From contig OY729431.1 in NCBI GenBank assembly GCA_963422395.1, positions 2,784,001-2,848,000 of the forward strand: a DNA stretch of 64,000 nt, given 5' to 3'. The stretch is from Vicinamibacteria bacterium (GTDB taxonomy: Bacteria > Acidobacteriota > Vicinamibacteria > Marinacidobacterales > Marinacidobacteraceae). Made by a program: the position numbers and the translations under genes. Numbering within the stretch: position 1 is the stretch's first letter; every line of letters starts with the position of its first letter. Of this stretch, positions 1 through 10,746 are shown in pieces. Below the pieces are notes generated by a model. The model saw nothing but the letters and a program-made list of their open reading frames with translations, did no database searches and was not told the origin of the DNA.

Positions 1-1538
1 AACCGATCGCGAGCAGACGGGGTTCGCTGAACGCTCGCCCGAGAAAGGAGATGCCCACCGGGAGGCCTTCTCCCGTGAATCCGGCGGGAACGATCAAGTC
101 GGGAAAGCCGCTCAGGTTGGCGAGACGGACCGCCGACCTCGCCCCATCGCCGGCCCGGAGATCGCGAGCGAGGAGAGCCGGCCTCGTCGAGGAAGTCGGA
201 TAGACGAGCGCGTCGAGTTCATCAGCGTCCATGAGCCCCTCCACGAGGCCGCGGACGAGGGACAGGCCGTGTTCCCGCACCGCCCGATAGCCGGCGTCGG
301 TCACTTCTCCGCTCGCGTTCTCACGGAGGAACAGACTCCAGCGACCGGGATTCGGCCGGTGACCGTTCCGACGGGCGGGCAGCTTCCGGGAGCGGTCCAC
401 CAATTCGTCGAGGGTCTTCGGGTAGCCATCGCCGAGATCTGCCAGATATTCGGCGATCTGCTGGCGGAACTCGGGCCACCGGACCGCGGTGTAGAGAGAG
501 CGCTCCACCTCGAGCAGCCACGCCGGAAAACGCACTTCCACGATCTCCGCGCCCGCTCCTCTCATCGCGTCGAGCGCTGCCTCGATGGTCCAGTCCACTT
601 CGGAGTCGAAACCCAGAAAATCACGGGCGATCCCGAGCCGAGCCCCCTCGAGGGCGCTCGCATCGAGAAAATGGCGGTACTCCGTATGGAAGCGTCCCCG
701 GCTTCGCTCGGTGACCGGGTCGGCCTCGTCCACCCCGGTCATCACCCCCAGCGAAACCGCCACATCGCGAACACTCCGGGCCATCGGCCCCCCGGTATCG
801 AACGACAGGGCGAGAGGGACGATGCCATCACGGCTCAGGAGACCCAGGGTCGGCTTCAGCCCCACGACGCCGTTCGCGGTGGACGGCCAGCGAACGGAGC
901 CGCCCGTGTCCGACCCGAGGCCGAGGAAGCCGTAACCCGCGGCGATCGCCGCCCCCGTACCTCCCGACGAACCCGAAGGGGTCCGGGTCGGGTCGTGGGG
1001 GTTGCGGGTGATACCGCCGACGGAACTCATGGCTCCACCCGAAGCGAATTCGCTCAGGTTCACTTTGGCGAGGACGATCGCCCCCGCCTCCCGTAGCTTT
1101 TGGACCACGAAAGCGTCGTCCGCAGGAAGCGAATCCAGAAGCAGGAACGATCCGGCGGTCGTGGGCAGGTCCGCCGTGTCGAAGTTGTCCTTCAGCACGA
1201 TCGGAATGCCGTGGAGCGGTGAGCGGCGCCCCGAGCGAAGCCGCTCGAGATCCAGTTCCCGGGCGCGTTGCAGCGCCTGCGGATTCAGGGTGATCACCGC
1301 GTTGATCCGCGGCCCGTGGTCGTCGTAGGCGGCGATCCGGGCGAGGCACAGCTCGACGAGCCGCTCCGAAGTCAGGGCACCCGCATCCAGAGCCTCGTTG
1401 ATCTCATCGATCGTCGCCGAGGTGAGTTCGAGTTCTCGGGCTCGTCCGGCAGCGCTCGCTGCGACCAGGACCGTCGACAGTCCAAGGGCGGCGAACGAAG
1501 CTACCGCGGTTCGGCGAAGGGGGCGCAAGGCGCCCCAT
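1..1538 (-). CDS. Amidase-signature family amidase with signal peptide (3' end runs off the window)
   Basis: Manual translation from ATG 1538: MGRLAPLRRTAVASFAALGLSTVLVAASAAG...LHGIPIVLKDN...GAIVLAKVNLSE...PSGSSGGTGAAIAAG...GSDTGGSVR (K-S-S triad motifs). Missing from the ORF track because there is no stop in the window. Confidence 0.9.
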
Positions 1539-1565
1539 GCTATCCGGAAAAAGGACCGGCGGACG

Positions 1566-2603
1566 CTACCCAACCGAAACCCGCAGCCGCGGATCCTGAC
1601 GAAGCCGGCAAAGCGCTTCGGTTTCCAGTTGGCGCACACGCTCCCGAGTCAGATGGAGCTCGCGCCCGATCTCTTCGAGATTGGCTTCGCCGCCGCCGAG
1701 GATTCCGAAGCGCCGCTTCAACACATGCTGCAAGCGATCGGGGAGGTCGGAGATCGCATCCCGGACATGGCGGCGCTGCTCTGCGTCGGTGACTCCCTCG
1801 ATCGGATTCAGCTGCTGCGGGTCCGGGGTGAGCGAAATGCGCGGGGTTCCATCGGGCACCAGCGGAGCGTCGAGCGAATCGATCTGGGGCACCGAACGCA
1901 GCGAGTCCCGAAGCTTTTCCGGGGCCACGCCGATCTCGCGGGCCACATCGTCGTTCGTCGGGTACAACCGTCGCCCCCGCCGGGACGGATCGTTCCGATA
2001 CCGCTGCTCGAGCTCGGCCCGGACCTTGGCCGCCTTGCGATGCAGATCCAGCTTGTTGATCGGAACCTTGATCGTGCGAGACTTCTGGGAAAGCGCCCTC
2101 CAGATCGCCTGTCGGATCCACCAGGTCGCGTAGGTCGAGAACTTCAGATTCCGCTCGGGCTCGAACTTCCGAACCGCCTGCATGAGACCGATGTTGCCCT
2201 CCTGGATGAGGTCCCCGAGCGGCAGACCCTTGCCCCGCGACTGCTTGGCGATCGAAATGACCAGGCGTAGATTTCCCTCGATCATCTTTTCGCGGTTCAT
2301 GTAGAAGGTGTCGAGATCCTCGTCCGCCGGCTTGTCGGAATCCTCGATCTGCGCCATGGCCTTCCGCATCGCCCGGCTGTAACGCTGCTCGTCGTTCTTG
2401 GTGAGCAAGCGGTGCCGGTGGGTATCGCGAAGGTAGAGGCCCATCGAGTCGAGGTCGCCGGTCTGGTGGGTGTTTGGAGAGAGTCCCAACGCCACGGCTG
2501 CCTCGGCAGCCTCTTCCTCTCCGGATTCCTCCTCTTCTTCCTCCGCATCGAAGGATTCGTCAACGAATTCGATCGTTTCGTAGTCCGTGTTCGTGGTGTC
2601 CAT
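1566..2603 (-). CDS. RNA polymerase sigma-70 factor, RpoD/RpoS-like (group 2-like, no region 1.1)
   Basis: Region 1.2 DSMGLYLRD; region 2 [10 protein letters not shown]...[17 protein letters not shown]...[14 protein letters not shown]; region 4 [19 protein letters not shown]. Shine-Dalgarno (SD) AGGAGG upstream. Confidence 0.93.
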   Translation of the reverse strand: MDTTNTDYETIEFVDESFDAEEEEEESGEEEAAEAAVALGLSPNTHQTGDLDSMGLYLRDTHRHRLLTKNDEQRYSRAMRKAMAQIEDSDKPADEDLDTFYMNREKMIEGNLRLVISIAKQSRGKGLPLGDLIQEGNIGLMQAVRKFEPERNLKFSTYATWWIRQAIWRALSQKSRTIKVPINKLDLHRKAAKVRAELEQRYRNDPSRRGRRLYPTNDDVAREIGVAPEKLRDSLRSVPQIDSLDAPLVPDGTPRISLTPDPQQLNPIEGVTDAEQRRHVRDAISDLPDRLQHVLKRRFGILGGGEANLEEIGRELHLTRERVRQLETEALCRLRQDPRLRVSVG

Positions 2604-2656
2604 GACACCCTCCTGTTGAATCCGCAGGTAATCCTGTCGGTCTGAAACCGAAACGC

Positions 2657-2674
2657 AAGCAGACGGCGTGCCAG
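2657..2674 (-). promoter_or_regulatory. Putative sigma-54 (-24/-12) promoter of the sigma-70 gene
   Basis: Minus strand reads CTGGCACGCCGTCTGCTT: GG-N10-GC with a TGGCACG core, about 55 nt upstream of the ATG. Confidence 0.7.
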
Positions 2675-2791
2675 TTCTCCACTAGGCCCGCCGCCAGACG
2701 GAAACTCTGAGCCTCTAACGCCACTCCCCGGCTTATCGTTCCCTCACCTCAGATGCCCCGATCGGTCCCGCCGAAAAGGGACCTGAGGGAA

Positions 2792-3511
2792 TCAGCCCGC
2801 CGGAAGAACGGCCCCAAGCGGCAAGCACCGGATTCGGGCGGTGGATTTCAACTCGTCCACCCACACAGCGATGCGCCGGTTCAGATCTCGTTCCTCCAGT
2901 ATACCGCGGATCAGGCCTTGCCACACATCGAGGGGCGGAGGGGAGCCGGCATCGAGATCGGGCAGCAGCACCGTCCGGTAGTACTCCTCCACTTCCCGTT
3001 GGGCAACCTGCACCAGCGGCCGAAAGCGACGATCCAGATAGTGATCCACGATGAGTTCCCGCCGAATTCGCTTCCGCAGGTAATCCTCGGCGATCCCGAG
3101 GCGGCCGAGCGCTGCGCGATAGGCATCGGGAGTCGCGAACCGATCCTTGAGTGCCGTGAGGGCCTCCCCGATCTCCGCCTCGGAAGGCGGCTCCATCGGA
3201 TAACGCTGGGCCTCCCGCTCCATGAGCCGGGCGTCGATCAGCCGTTCCAGAGCAGCTGCCGGAGTCGGTGACGACGCCCCGGGCGAAAGCGTCATGACCT
3301 CGAAGACCTCCGAAAGGGTGATCGGTTCTCCGTTCACGACAGCCAGCACGCTGTCGAGCGGCCGAACCTCTGCCGGTCGCTGGACCGGTTGCCGATCCTG
3401 GGCGTCCGGGCCGGGAGCGAGAGCCCGCGGCGGGCCGGCGCCGAGCAGCAGGGGCAGCATCGGAACCAGCCAGCAGGGCCGCCTCCGGCCCCCTCGGCGG
3501 CACGATGGCAT
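2792..3511 (-). CDS. SurA N-terminal-domain chaperone-like periplasmic protein
   Basis: LDSVLAVVNGEPITLSEV...LERLIDARLMEREA motif, signal-like N-terminus, directly downstream of the Omp85 gene. Start uncertain. Confidence 0.75.
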   Translation of the reverse strand: MPSCRRGGRRRPCWLVPMLPLLLGAGPPRALAPGPDAQDRQPVQRPAEVRPLDSVLAVVNGEPITLSEVFEVMTLSPGASSPTPAAALERLIDARLMEREAQRYPMEPPSEAEIGEALTALKDRFATPDAYRAALGRLGIAEDYLRKRIRRELIVDHYLDRRFRPLVQVAQREVEEYYRTVLLPDLDAGSPPPLDVWQGLIRGILEERDLNRRIAVWVDELKSTARIRCLPLGAVLPAG

Positions 3512-3534
3512 CACGGGCACGGGTTTCGCCCCAC

Positions 3535-6330
3535 TCAGAAAGCGTGACCGATGGTGAAATGCCACTGTCCGCGCCGGCCATCTCCGATGTCGCCGATCCG
3601 TATCCCGTAATCGAAACGAACCGGCCCCAGCGGGGTGTTCCAGCGCAGGCCGGCGCCGACATCGTGGCGCAGGTCGCGGAACCTGAAGGTTCGAACCTCC
3701 CCGTACACGCCGCCATGATCGGAAAACACCGCTCCCCGCAGGCTGCCGAAGATCGGGAATCGCACTTCGAGGTTTCCGATGATCAGCAGGTTGCCGCCGA
3801 GCGGGTACCCGCTTTCGTCGAGCGGACCGCCTCGATCCAGTCGGAAACCCCGCAGCGTGGTGGCGCCTCCCGCGAAGAATCTCTCGGTGATCGGAACGAG
3901 GGCGGGCGCATCGTCCCCCATCGTCCAAGCCATTCCCAGACGGCCTGCGGCAGCGAAGACGACCTGCCCGCCGAGCGGAAAGAACAGATACTGCTGTCCC
4001 AGACCCTTGATGAAGGGCGCCCTCGATCCCAACAGTGCGGACGACCATTTCAGGTCCACGATCCCGAACCGCCCCTCCCGGGGATCTACCGGATCGTCCC
4101 GGGTGTCGGAAACCGCCGACACCGAGATCGAGGAAAGCCAGAGATCATCTGCGAAGCTGCGATCGATCTGGTTGGGATGGATCTTGAGGTCGGAGAGTTC
4201 GCTCGTCGTGAAATCGTAGCGAAAGAACAGATCACGGCCCAGGACGCGACGGGTGAACTGCACCCCGACACCGGTCCGGACGAAGTCGAGACTCTCCCGA
4301 TCCTGCGCTTCCCGAAAGGCACTGATGAACACCGGAACATTGCCGGCCACATTTTCGGCTCCCCGATAGGTGGCGACGATGCGGTTCCCCTTCAGCGAGA
4401 GCCGGGCGAAAAGGCTCAGGGTGTGATTCCGGCCGAAGAGGTTGTTTCGGGTCCACTCCGCCTCTCCGCGAATCTGTTCCCGCTCGCTGTAACCAGCGCC
4501 GTAACCGATACTGGTGCGCGGCCCCTCCACCACGCGGATCAGCACATTGCGTTCACTGACCGGCTCCTCCGGATCGAGAAGGGTGACCTCCACCGTTCGG
4601 AAAATGCCCATGGCGACGAGACGCCGACGCACTTCGAGAATGTCCTCTCGGCCGAGGGGGTCGCCTTCCTCGAAGGGAAGCCGCCCGCGCACTGCGGATT
4701 CCCTGGTCGCTTCGAGCCCGGCGATCACGATGCCGCCGACGGTGAAGTAATCGCCCCGGTGGATCTGGAACCGGACCTCGGCCCGGTGAGAAACCGGATC
4801 CACGGGAACCTGGACTTCGAGGACCGCTTCGAGGAACCCCCGATTCCGGTAGAACGACTCGAGGCTCTTGCGCGCCGTCACGATCTCCTCCGCCACATAG
4901 GGCGAGCCCGTCTGCAACCCGGAAATTTCGAGAAGCTCGGCGGGCGGGAACGGGCCGCGGCCCTCGAACCGGACTTCGCCGACGGTAGCCGCGGGACCCG
5001 CGTCGATCCGGACGATCAGCTCCAGGGGGAGCGTGCCCGCTTCGGGGGGTGCCGGAACGATCTCCGGTTCCACTTCGGCCTGGAAGAAACCACGCCGCCG
5101 CAGGGCGCGGCGGAGTCCGTCCACCGTAGCGGACCATTCCCGCTCGCGGAACGGCATGCCGGCGCGTAGCGGCGACAGTACGGCCGATACGGTCTCCGCT
5201 TCGCCAGGAGGAACGCCGCGTGCCGACGCCGTGCCGATCGAGAATCGGGGGCCGGGCGCCAACGAAAACCGAATGATGCGCAGCCGGCCCTCTTCGAGGT
5301 CCGTGCTCTGCACTTCCACTCGCGCCCTCCGGTGTCCGTCCCGCCGCAAGTCGTCCAGCAGTTCCCGGCGAGTCTCTTCGAGAGTGTCCGGAGTGAGCCG
5401 TCGCTCCGACAGGCGAGCAGCCGCAGCACGTTCTCTCCGGTCCGAGGAGCCTGGACCTTCGAGGGCGATCCGGATCTCGGGCCCCGCATCGACCATGAGC
5501 CGAAGCCGAACCTCGGCGGGGTTCACGACATCGAAATCGAGGCGCGCGGTACTGGCGAGAAACCCCCGGTCCCGAAGGAGCTGCTGCACCGCGGGCAGCC
5601 GCGCTTCGATCTCCACCTCGGACCAGGGTCGTCCGGTGGATATCCCGAGGGTCCGACGCAGCTCGCCGCCGAGCGCCGGGGGGACGCCTTCGACGCGCAA
5701 GGAGACGACCTGTGCCCGGGGGCCCGGGTCGAGGAACGCTTCGAGGACCAGATCCCGGCCCGCAGCCGTGGACCGAATCTCGATTTCGGCCGCGAGGTAC
5801 CCGATGGATCGCAGCCACGCCTCGGCTGCCTCGGCTCGGAGACGCAGATCAGGGAGGGGTTCTCCGATCTCGATAGCCAGCGCCGCGGTGAGATCCTCGA
5901 TCTCGCCGCGCGGGGCGCCGTGGATCTCCATGCGCGCGACCCTCGGAATCGGATCCAGCTCGAACACCAGTCCGAGTCTGCCCGCCGGAGTGGTGTGGGG
6001 CAGCACCCGGACATCTCGAAAACGGCCCAGAGCGAAGATCTGTTTCACCGACTCTCGCACGGCGAGAGGGCGGAGCCGCGCTCCGGGCCGCACCGAGATC
6101 AGTCGCGAGACTGCTTCCGGCACTGGTTCGACGCTCCCGTCAGCCCACACGACTGTGACCGACTCCACCTGGCGCGAGGCCGGATCGTTCGGCAGTTGCC
6201 CGAACCCCGCGGGCGGCCCGCCGCTCGCCAACCCGCCACCCAGCAACACCGCGACGAAGGCCCCCGCAGACAGTGCGCCCGCCCGCAGACGGGGCGGGTC
6301 AGAAGCTGCGGTGGAAACGGACATCCACAC
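3535..6330 (-). CDS. Omp85-family outer-membrane protein (TamA/BamA-like) with POTRA repeats
   Basis: ERFFAGGATTLRGF, GAGLRWNTPLGPVRFDYG, C-terminal FTIGHAF. Confidence 0.92.
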   Translation of the reverse strand: MWMSVSTAASDPPRLRAGALSAGAFVAVLLGGGLASGGPPAGFGQLPNDPASRQVESVTVVWADGSVEPVPEAVSRLISVRPGARLRPLAVRESVKQIFALGRFRDVRVLPHTTPAGRLGLVFELDPIPRVARMEIHGAPRGEIEDLTAALAIEIGEPLPDLRLRAEAAEAWLRSIGYLAAEIEIRSTAAGRDLVLEAFLDPGPRAQVVSLRVEGVPPALGGELRRTLGISTGRPWSEVEIEARLPAVQQLLRDRGFLASTARLDFDVVNPAEVRLRLMVDAGPEIRIALEGPGSSDRRERAAAARLSERRLTPDTLEETRRELLDDLRRDGHRRARVEVQSTDLEEGRLRIIRFSLAPGPRFSIGTASARGVPPGEAETVSAVLSPLRAGMPFREREWSATVDGLRRALRRRGFFQAEVEPEIVPAPPEAGTLPLELIVRIDAGPAATVGEVRFEGRGPFPPAELLEISGLQTGSPYVAEEIVTARKSLESFYRNRGFLEAVLEVQVPVDPVSHRAEVRFQIHRGDYFTVGGIVIAGLEATRESAVRGRLPFEEGDPLGREDILEVRRRLVAMGIFRTVEVTLLDPEEPVSERNVLIRVVEGPRTSIGYGAGYSEREQIRGEAEWTRNNLFGRNHTLSLFARLSLKGNRIVATYRGAENVAGNVPVFISAFREAQDRESLDFVRTGVGVQFTRRVLGRDLFFRYDFTTSELSDLKIHPNQIDRSFADDLWLSSISVSAVSDTRDDPVDPREGRFGIVDLKWSSALLGSRAPFIKGLGQQYLFFPLGGQVVFAAAGRLGMAWTMGDDAPALVPITERFFAGGATTLRGFRLDRGGPLDESGYPLGGNLLIIGNLEVRFPIFGSLRGAVFSDHGGVYGEVRTFRFRDLRHDVGAGLRWNTPLGPVRFDYGIRIGDIGDGRRGQWHFTIGHAF

Positions 6331-9300
6331 TCAGCGAACCATCCTGGTCGCGGGAGAAGATCCACGAGACCGGTCCGCGGGGCGTGTATTCGACCAGAAT
6401 GACGGACTCCTCCGCCGAGGAAAGGCTGGACGAGTACCGCACATTCAAGTCGCGGGAAATCTGTTTGCCCAGAGTCACTCTAGCGGTGGGGTTGCTGAAA
6501 CGGCCGATCAGGAACGGATCGATGCTCAGCCGATCGATTCCGAACACCCGGCCGGCCCGCCGGCCGATCATGTTGCTCAACTGCTGCCCGAGCAGGCTCG
6601 CCGCGGAAGCTGCAGCGACATCGTCGTCGCTCGCCGAAGTGAGCAGATCCTGCTCGGGAGCCCCCAAGAGCAGACGGAGGATGTCCGCTTCGCGGAGCGG
6701 GGGGTCGGAGCTCAGGTTCGCGTCGATTTGCTCCACGCTCCCGGAGGCCCGCAGACGAACCCGATAGCTCCGCACGCTGGTTTCGGCTTCGATGTCGAAC
6801 ACCGGCTCGATCCCCTCGGGATCGATGAAGTCAGCACGCCCGGAAGTGACCTGGAAACGGTGGGCTCCGAAATACACCTCGCCCCCGACGAGGTCGGCGC
6901 GGCCCAGCACCGCTGGCGATCCGGCAGTGCCGCGCAGGCCGAAACCGGCCATGGCGTCGAGCTGGAAGACGGAGTTGCGCACCGCGAACGGCGAGTCCGT
7001 TTCCACCCGTACATCCATCCGCAGATCGTTCAGAAATGTGCGGCCGCCGGCTTCGGCAGGCCCGGCCACGGTATCGATGTCGGCGAGAATGCTCGCGAAC
7101 AGTTCGTACTCCCGGCTCCAGACGGCATCATCGAGCCGAACTTCTCCGGAGAGCAGCCGCCCCCCGCGATCACCCACCACGCGCAGATCAGCGTCCACCG
7201 TGGCGCTCAGATCACGAGGGTAGCGGAGCCTCGAACCGGCGAGCTGGACGCGCAGGTCCATGACGCCCAATGCCGCATCTTCGATGGAAATCGAACCGGA
7301 TACCACAGCGTCGCCGGAGCCCATCGTCCCGATCACCTCGGCGATACGAAGCGTCCGCTGATCGAAAGTGATCGACCCCTCCACTTCCTGGAGCGCGTGC
7401 GGAAAATCCTCGATGCGAAAAGCACCGTTCCGGATGTTCCCCTGGCCGAGCACTTCGGGAGCGGACCAGGGACCGACGAGCTCGGCATCGAGATCGAACT
7501 GGCCCTCGGCGGTGAGCCCGGGGACGAACTGCGCAACGGCCAGCAACGAGGTCTGCCCGGACAGACTCAGGTCCAGCGATTCGTCATCGAGCCCCACGGT
7601 GCCGGCGAGCTCCACCCGGCTCTCGCCCTGGACCAGGCCGAACCGCTCGATATGGACGCGCCCGTCCTCGAGCCGTATCTCCGCCGGTCCGGTGGTGGCC
7701 GCCGAAAAACCGGGGGTCGAGATCCGGAGCTCCTCGAGGGCCGCCGTACCGGTCATCCACTCGTCACCGGGATCCTCGATATGGAAGTCTCCCGCGCCGC
7801 TCACCACGATCGAGATGCCGCGTTCCGCTGCGGTGTCGAAAAGAAGCGGTGCTACCTCCACTTCCCGGATCGTCACCGTTCCGGCCCCATCGGTCCCGAA
7901 CGGCACGACTCCGGCCATCCGGAACGACGCCGCACCCGAATCCAGAGAGCCGCTGCCCTCGAAAGCGCCCCCCCGCACCGCACCGGAGATCGTGCCCGGG
8001 CCGAGCGGCAGGTCGAGCACCGAAGCCGCCGGGGCGCGCGCTTCCAGACGGAGCTCCGGGGCCAGCAGGTCGCCGCCGATGACCAGCCGGAAATCGGAGC
8101 GGATGGAGATCCACTCGGGCGCCAGGCCGGGCGTCAACGGGTAATCGCTGCCGGTGATGCGGCCGTCCAACTCCCAGGCCACGAGCCCGATGTCCAGGGC
8201 CCCCTCCGCCGTTCCTCCGCGAAAGATTCCGCGCATCGGTGAGAGCCGCGCCTTTTCGCCGTCCAGATTCCACGCGACCTGTATTTCGTCGAAGGGCTGC
8301 TCGAGAACGGTGGTGTCGAAGCCAGCCACCCTGCCGCCGCCGGCGTAGCGCTCGTCGGTACGCACGGTTTCGCTTCGACCGCTGGCGATCCCGGTCACTT
8401 CGAGGTCCCACTCCAGGAAGTCGATGAGCTCGCGGGCATCCCAACTTTCCCACGAAGCTTCGAACTCCATGTCGGGAAACTCGTCGGGCCCCCGGGCGAA
8501 GATCCCGGAAGCGGCGATCCGGGATTCCCCGCGGCGGGCGCGCAGCCCGTCGAGCCAGATCCGATCGCGGCTGACCCGGCCGATCGCCAGGAGGGTGTCC
8601 GTGTGGATCGTGGAGAACCGCATGCGCCGTCCTTCGACTTCGCCTTCGATGATCAGATCCGGCCAGCGGCCTTCGACAGTCCCTTCGAAGCCTCCACCAC
8701 CGGAGACATCCCACTGGGTGGTTTCGGGTTCCTCACCGGATAGCACCCGCCGTATCTCCTGCTGCAGCGCATCCAGCTCCGCGGATTCGCCGGCCAGCGC
8801 ACTCACCGAGAAACGGGCGGGGCCCACGCGGGGGTAGTTTCCTCGGACGGACCCGCGAAAGGCCTCCCCCTCGACCATCAACTGTTCGACGGCGGCCCCC
8901 TCCTGGTCCACGAGGAGTTCGACCGAAAACCCCAGGGGCAACTCGCCGGGAGCTCCGGACGGGACTCCAGCCGGGCTCGTGCCGGTCGCCTGAATCTCTC
9001 CGGTCATCAGGAGCGGATCGGCGAGCGGCAGCAGGAGCTCCGCGTCCAGCGAAACTCGGGACCTCAGGGTGGTCTCGGTTCCGAACAGCCCCGACATCGC
9101 TGCCGCAAGCGATCCATCGCTGACCGCAAGCCCGATGACTGCCGGGTTCTCTTCTCGCGGCTGCTGCTGGAGCAGGCTCAATTGGGCGGCTCCGGCGGCC
9201 AGCAACCCTTCCGACGACACGATCTCGATGCGGTCCGGATCCCAGTGCAGCACCCCGCGCCAATCCTGAAGGGGAACGCCGTAGAAGTGACCCGCCGGCA

Positions 9301-10222
9301 ATTCGAAATCACCATCCACCGCCAGGCCGTTCTCCTGGAATCGGGCTGTTCCCTCGAAGGCGAACCCTGGATCTCCTGCAGTGTCGAGCCCGCTGAAATC
9401 GAAGAGGAACCGGCTGAGTCCGCCCGCGTCGCCGCTGCCCGTCATCTTCAGCGGCTCGGCTAGATCGCCCCCGAAATCCAGGGTGCCCTCCATGGCTACC
9501 TCGAGGAGATCGGAGCGGAGGTCCACGAGGTCCAGGTAGAGCCGATCTCCCCGAATCCGAAAAGAAGCCGTCAGCTCCAGGGGAAGCTCCGACCGCTCCC
9601 ACAGGCGGATGACGCCTCGTCCGGAGCGGATGCCTCCGTCCACGCCGCCGGCTCCGTCGGCGCGGAAATCCAGAGCGACATCGTCCGCCCGAATCTCCCA
9701 CGGGGTGGGGCGATTCCGGTAGCCGACGGTCTTGCCGAAGACCGACATGCGGTCCGAGGAAAACGAGAGCCGAGCCGTCAGCGCCTGGAGTCCCTGGCCG
9801 AGCGGCGGTCCGGCGGGTGCGGGACGACCGCCGTCATCCAGTCCCCAGAGGCCGACTCCCTCCACCGCCAGACTCTCGAGATGCAGGCGAGTGGGAATCA
9901 ACGACCGCCAACTCAGACGGCCCCGTACCGCATCCACCGAAAAAGCCGGCGGCGGCGGCCCGACCGGAGAGGGGTCCCGGCCGATCTGCAAGCCGCGAAA
10001 CGCGAACCGGCCGTCTGGCAGCGAAAGCGTGACGCCGGACAGGGCGACCGGGCGTCCGAACGCAGCGGAAAGCCTCGCGCTCATGAATCCTGTCAGCCAG
10101 GGGGAGTCCACCTGGAAACCGCGGATGCCGAGGAAGAAGGCGAAAACCACCAAGGCGAAAACGCCGAGGAAGAGCGCCGCCCACCACCGAAAGCGGCGCT
10201 GCGGCTTCCCGGAATCGGTCAC
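6299..10222 (-). CDS. tamB: Translocation and assembly module TamB-family protein
   Basis: 1307 aa; N-terminal TM anchor, Gly-rich beta repeats, C-terminal LSSDPPL...ARVTLGKQIS; overlaps the Omp85 gene. Confidence 0.88.
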   Translation of the reverse strand: MTDSGKPQRRFRWWAALFLGVFALVVFAFFLGIRGFQVDSPWLTGFMSARLSAAFGRPVALSGVTLSLPDGRFAFRGLQIGRDPSPVGPPPPAFSVDAVRGRLSWRSLIPTRLHLESLAVEGVGLWGLDDGGRPAPAGPPLGQGLQALTARLSFSSDRMSVFGKTVGYRNRPTPWEIRADDVALDFRADGAGGVDGGIRSGRGVIRLWERSELPLELTASFRIRGDRLYLDLVDLRSDLLEVAMEGTLDFGGDLAEPLKMTGSGDAGGLSRFLFDFSGLDTAGDPGFAFEGTARFQENGLAVDGDFELPAGHFYGVPLQDWRGVLHWDPDRIEIVSSEGLLAAGAAQLSLLQQQPREENPAVIGLAVSDGSLAAAMSGLFGTETTLRSRVSLDAELLLPLADPLLMTGEIQATGTSPAGVPSGAPGELPLGFSVELLVDQEGAAVEQLMVEGEAFRGSVRGNYPRVGPARFSVSALAGESAELDALQQEIRRVLSGEEPETTQWDVSGGGGFEGTVEGRWPDLIIEGEVEGRRMRFSTIHTDTLLAIGRVSRDRIWLDGLRARRGESRIAASGIFARGPDEFPDMEFEASWESWDARELIDFLEWDLEVTGIASGRSETVRTDERYAGGGRVAGFDTTVLEQPFDEIQVAWNLDGEKARLSPMRGIFRGGTAEGALDIGLVAWELDGRITGSDYPLTPGLAPEWISIRSDFRLVIGGDLLAPELRLEARAPAASVLDLPLGPGTISGAVRGGAFEGSGSLDSGAASFRMAGVVPFGTDGAGTVTIREVEVAPLLFDTAAERGISIVVSGAGDFHIEDPGDEWMTGTAALEELRISTPGFSAATTGPAEIRLEDGRVHIERFGLVQGESRVELAGTVGLDDESLDLSLSGQTSLLAVAQFVPGLTAEGQFDLDAELVGPWSAPEVLGQGNIRNGAFRIEDFPHALQEVEGSITFDQRTLRIAEVIGTMGSGDAVVSGSISIEDAALGVMDLRVQLAGSRLRYPRDLSATVDADLRVVGDRGGRLLSGEVRLDDAVWSREYELFASILADIDTVAGPAEAGGRTFLNDLRMDVRVETDSPFAVRNSVFQLDAMAGFGLRGTAGSPAVLGRADLVGGEVYFGAHRFQVTSGRADFIDPEGIEPVFDIEAETSVRSYRVRLRASGSVEQIDANLSSDPPLREADILRLLLGAPEQDLLTSASDDDVAAASAASLLGQQLSNMIGRRAGRVFGIDRLSIDPFLIGRFSNPTARVTLGKQISRDLNVRYSSSLSSAEESVILVEYTPRGPVSWIFSRDQDGSLSVDVRFHRSF

Positions 10223-10746
10223 GAAGACGAGACAGGCTCCACGGAGAACAACGATTCGCCGCCCTTGAGGTGGGTTCCGGCGGAAACCTTCATGGTAGCG
10301 ATCACACCGGTCGCGGGCGCCGGGATCTCGTTCTGCATCTTCATCGCCTCGAGGACCAGGACGCCGTCTCCTGCCTCGACCGAATCTCCTTCAGCGCGCA
10401 GAATTCGGACCACTCTTCCGGGCATCGGCGTCCGCACTTCGTTCCCACCGGCGGCGCCGCCGCGGGCGCGGAGCGGTCCCCCGGAGCCGGAAGCGGCTCC
10501 GGCGCGCCGAGAGTCGAATCGAAAGGACTCTCCTTCGATCTGGACGATCACATTTCCGGAACGGTCCCGGGTAACTCCCGCTTCCAGCGTGCGCCTTCCC
10601 TGACGGACACAGAAGCCGCCCGGCAGCGGAGAGGCGGAGGCCACGACATCCACCCCGTCCCCGAGGAGCCGAAGGCGAAGGCCGTCCCCTTCGGGAAACG
10701 CCTCCGCTCGGAATTCGCGCCCTTCGAGCGACAGGACGAGGCGCAT
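10219..10746 (-). CDS. Biotin carboxyl carrier protein
   Basis: TPMPGRVV...VLEAMKMQNEI biotinylation motif; ATG overlaps the upstream TGA. Confidence 0.92.
   Translation of the reverse strand: MRLVLSLEGREFRAEAFPEGDGLRLRLLGDGVDVVASASPLPGGFCVRQGRRTLEAGVTRDRSGNVIVQIEGESFRFDSRRAGAASGSGGPLRARGGAAGGNEVRTPMPGRVVRILRAEGDSVEAGDGVLVLEAMKMQNEIPAPATGVIATMKVSAGTHLKGGESLFSVEPVSSS

Noticed and set aside
2621-3087. 15-mer TCCGCAGGTAATCCT occurring at about 2621 and 3073
   Set aside because: One copy is inside a CDS; a single 15-mer match is plausible by chance in 64 kb.
5033-8242. Very long antisense or alternate-frame ORFs (1069 aa here; also 14999-18511, 39671-42451, 53043-55778)
   Set aside because: Shadow ORFs of real genes in high-GC DNA; no recognisable motifs.
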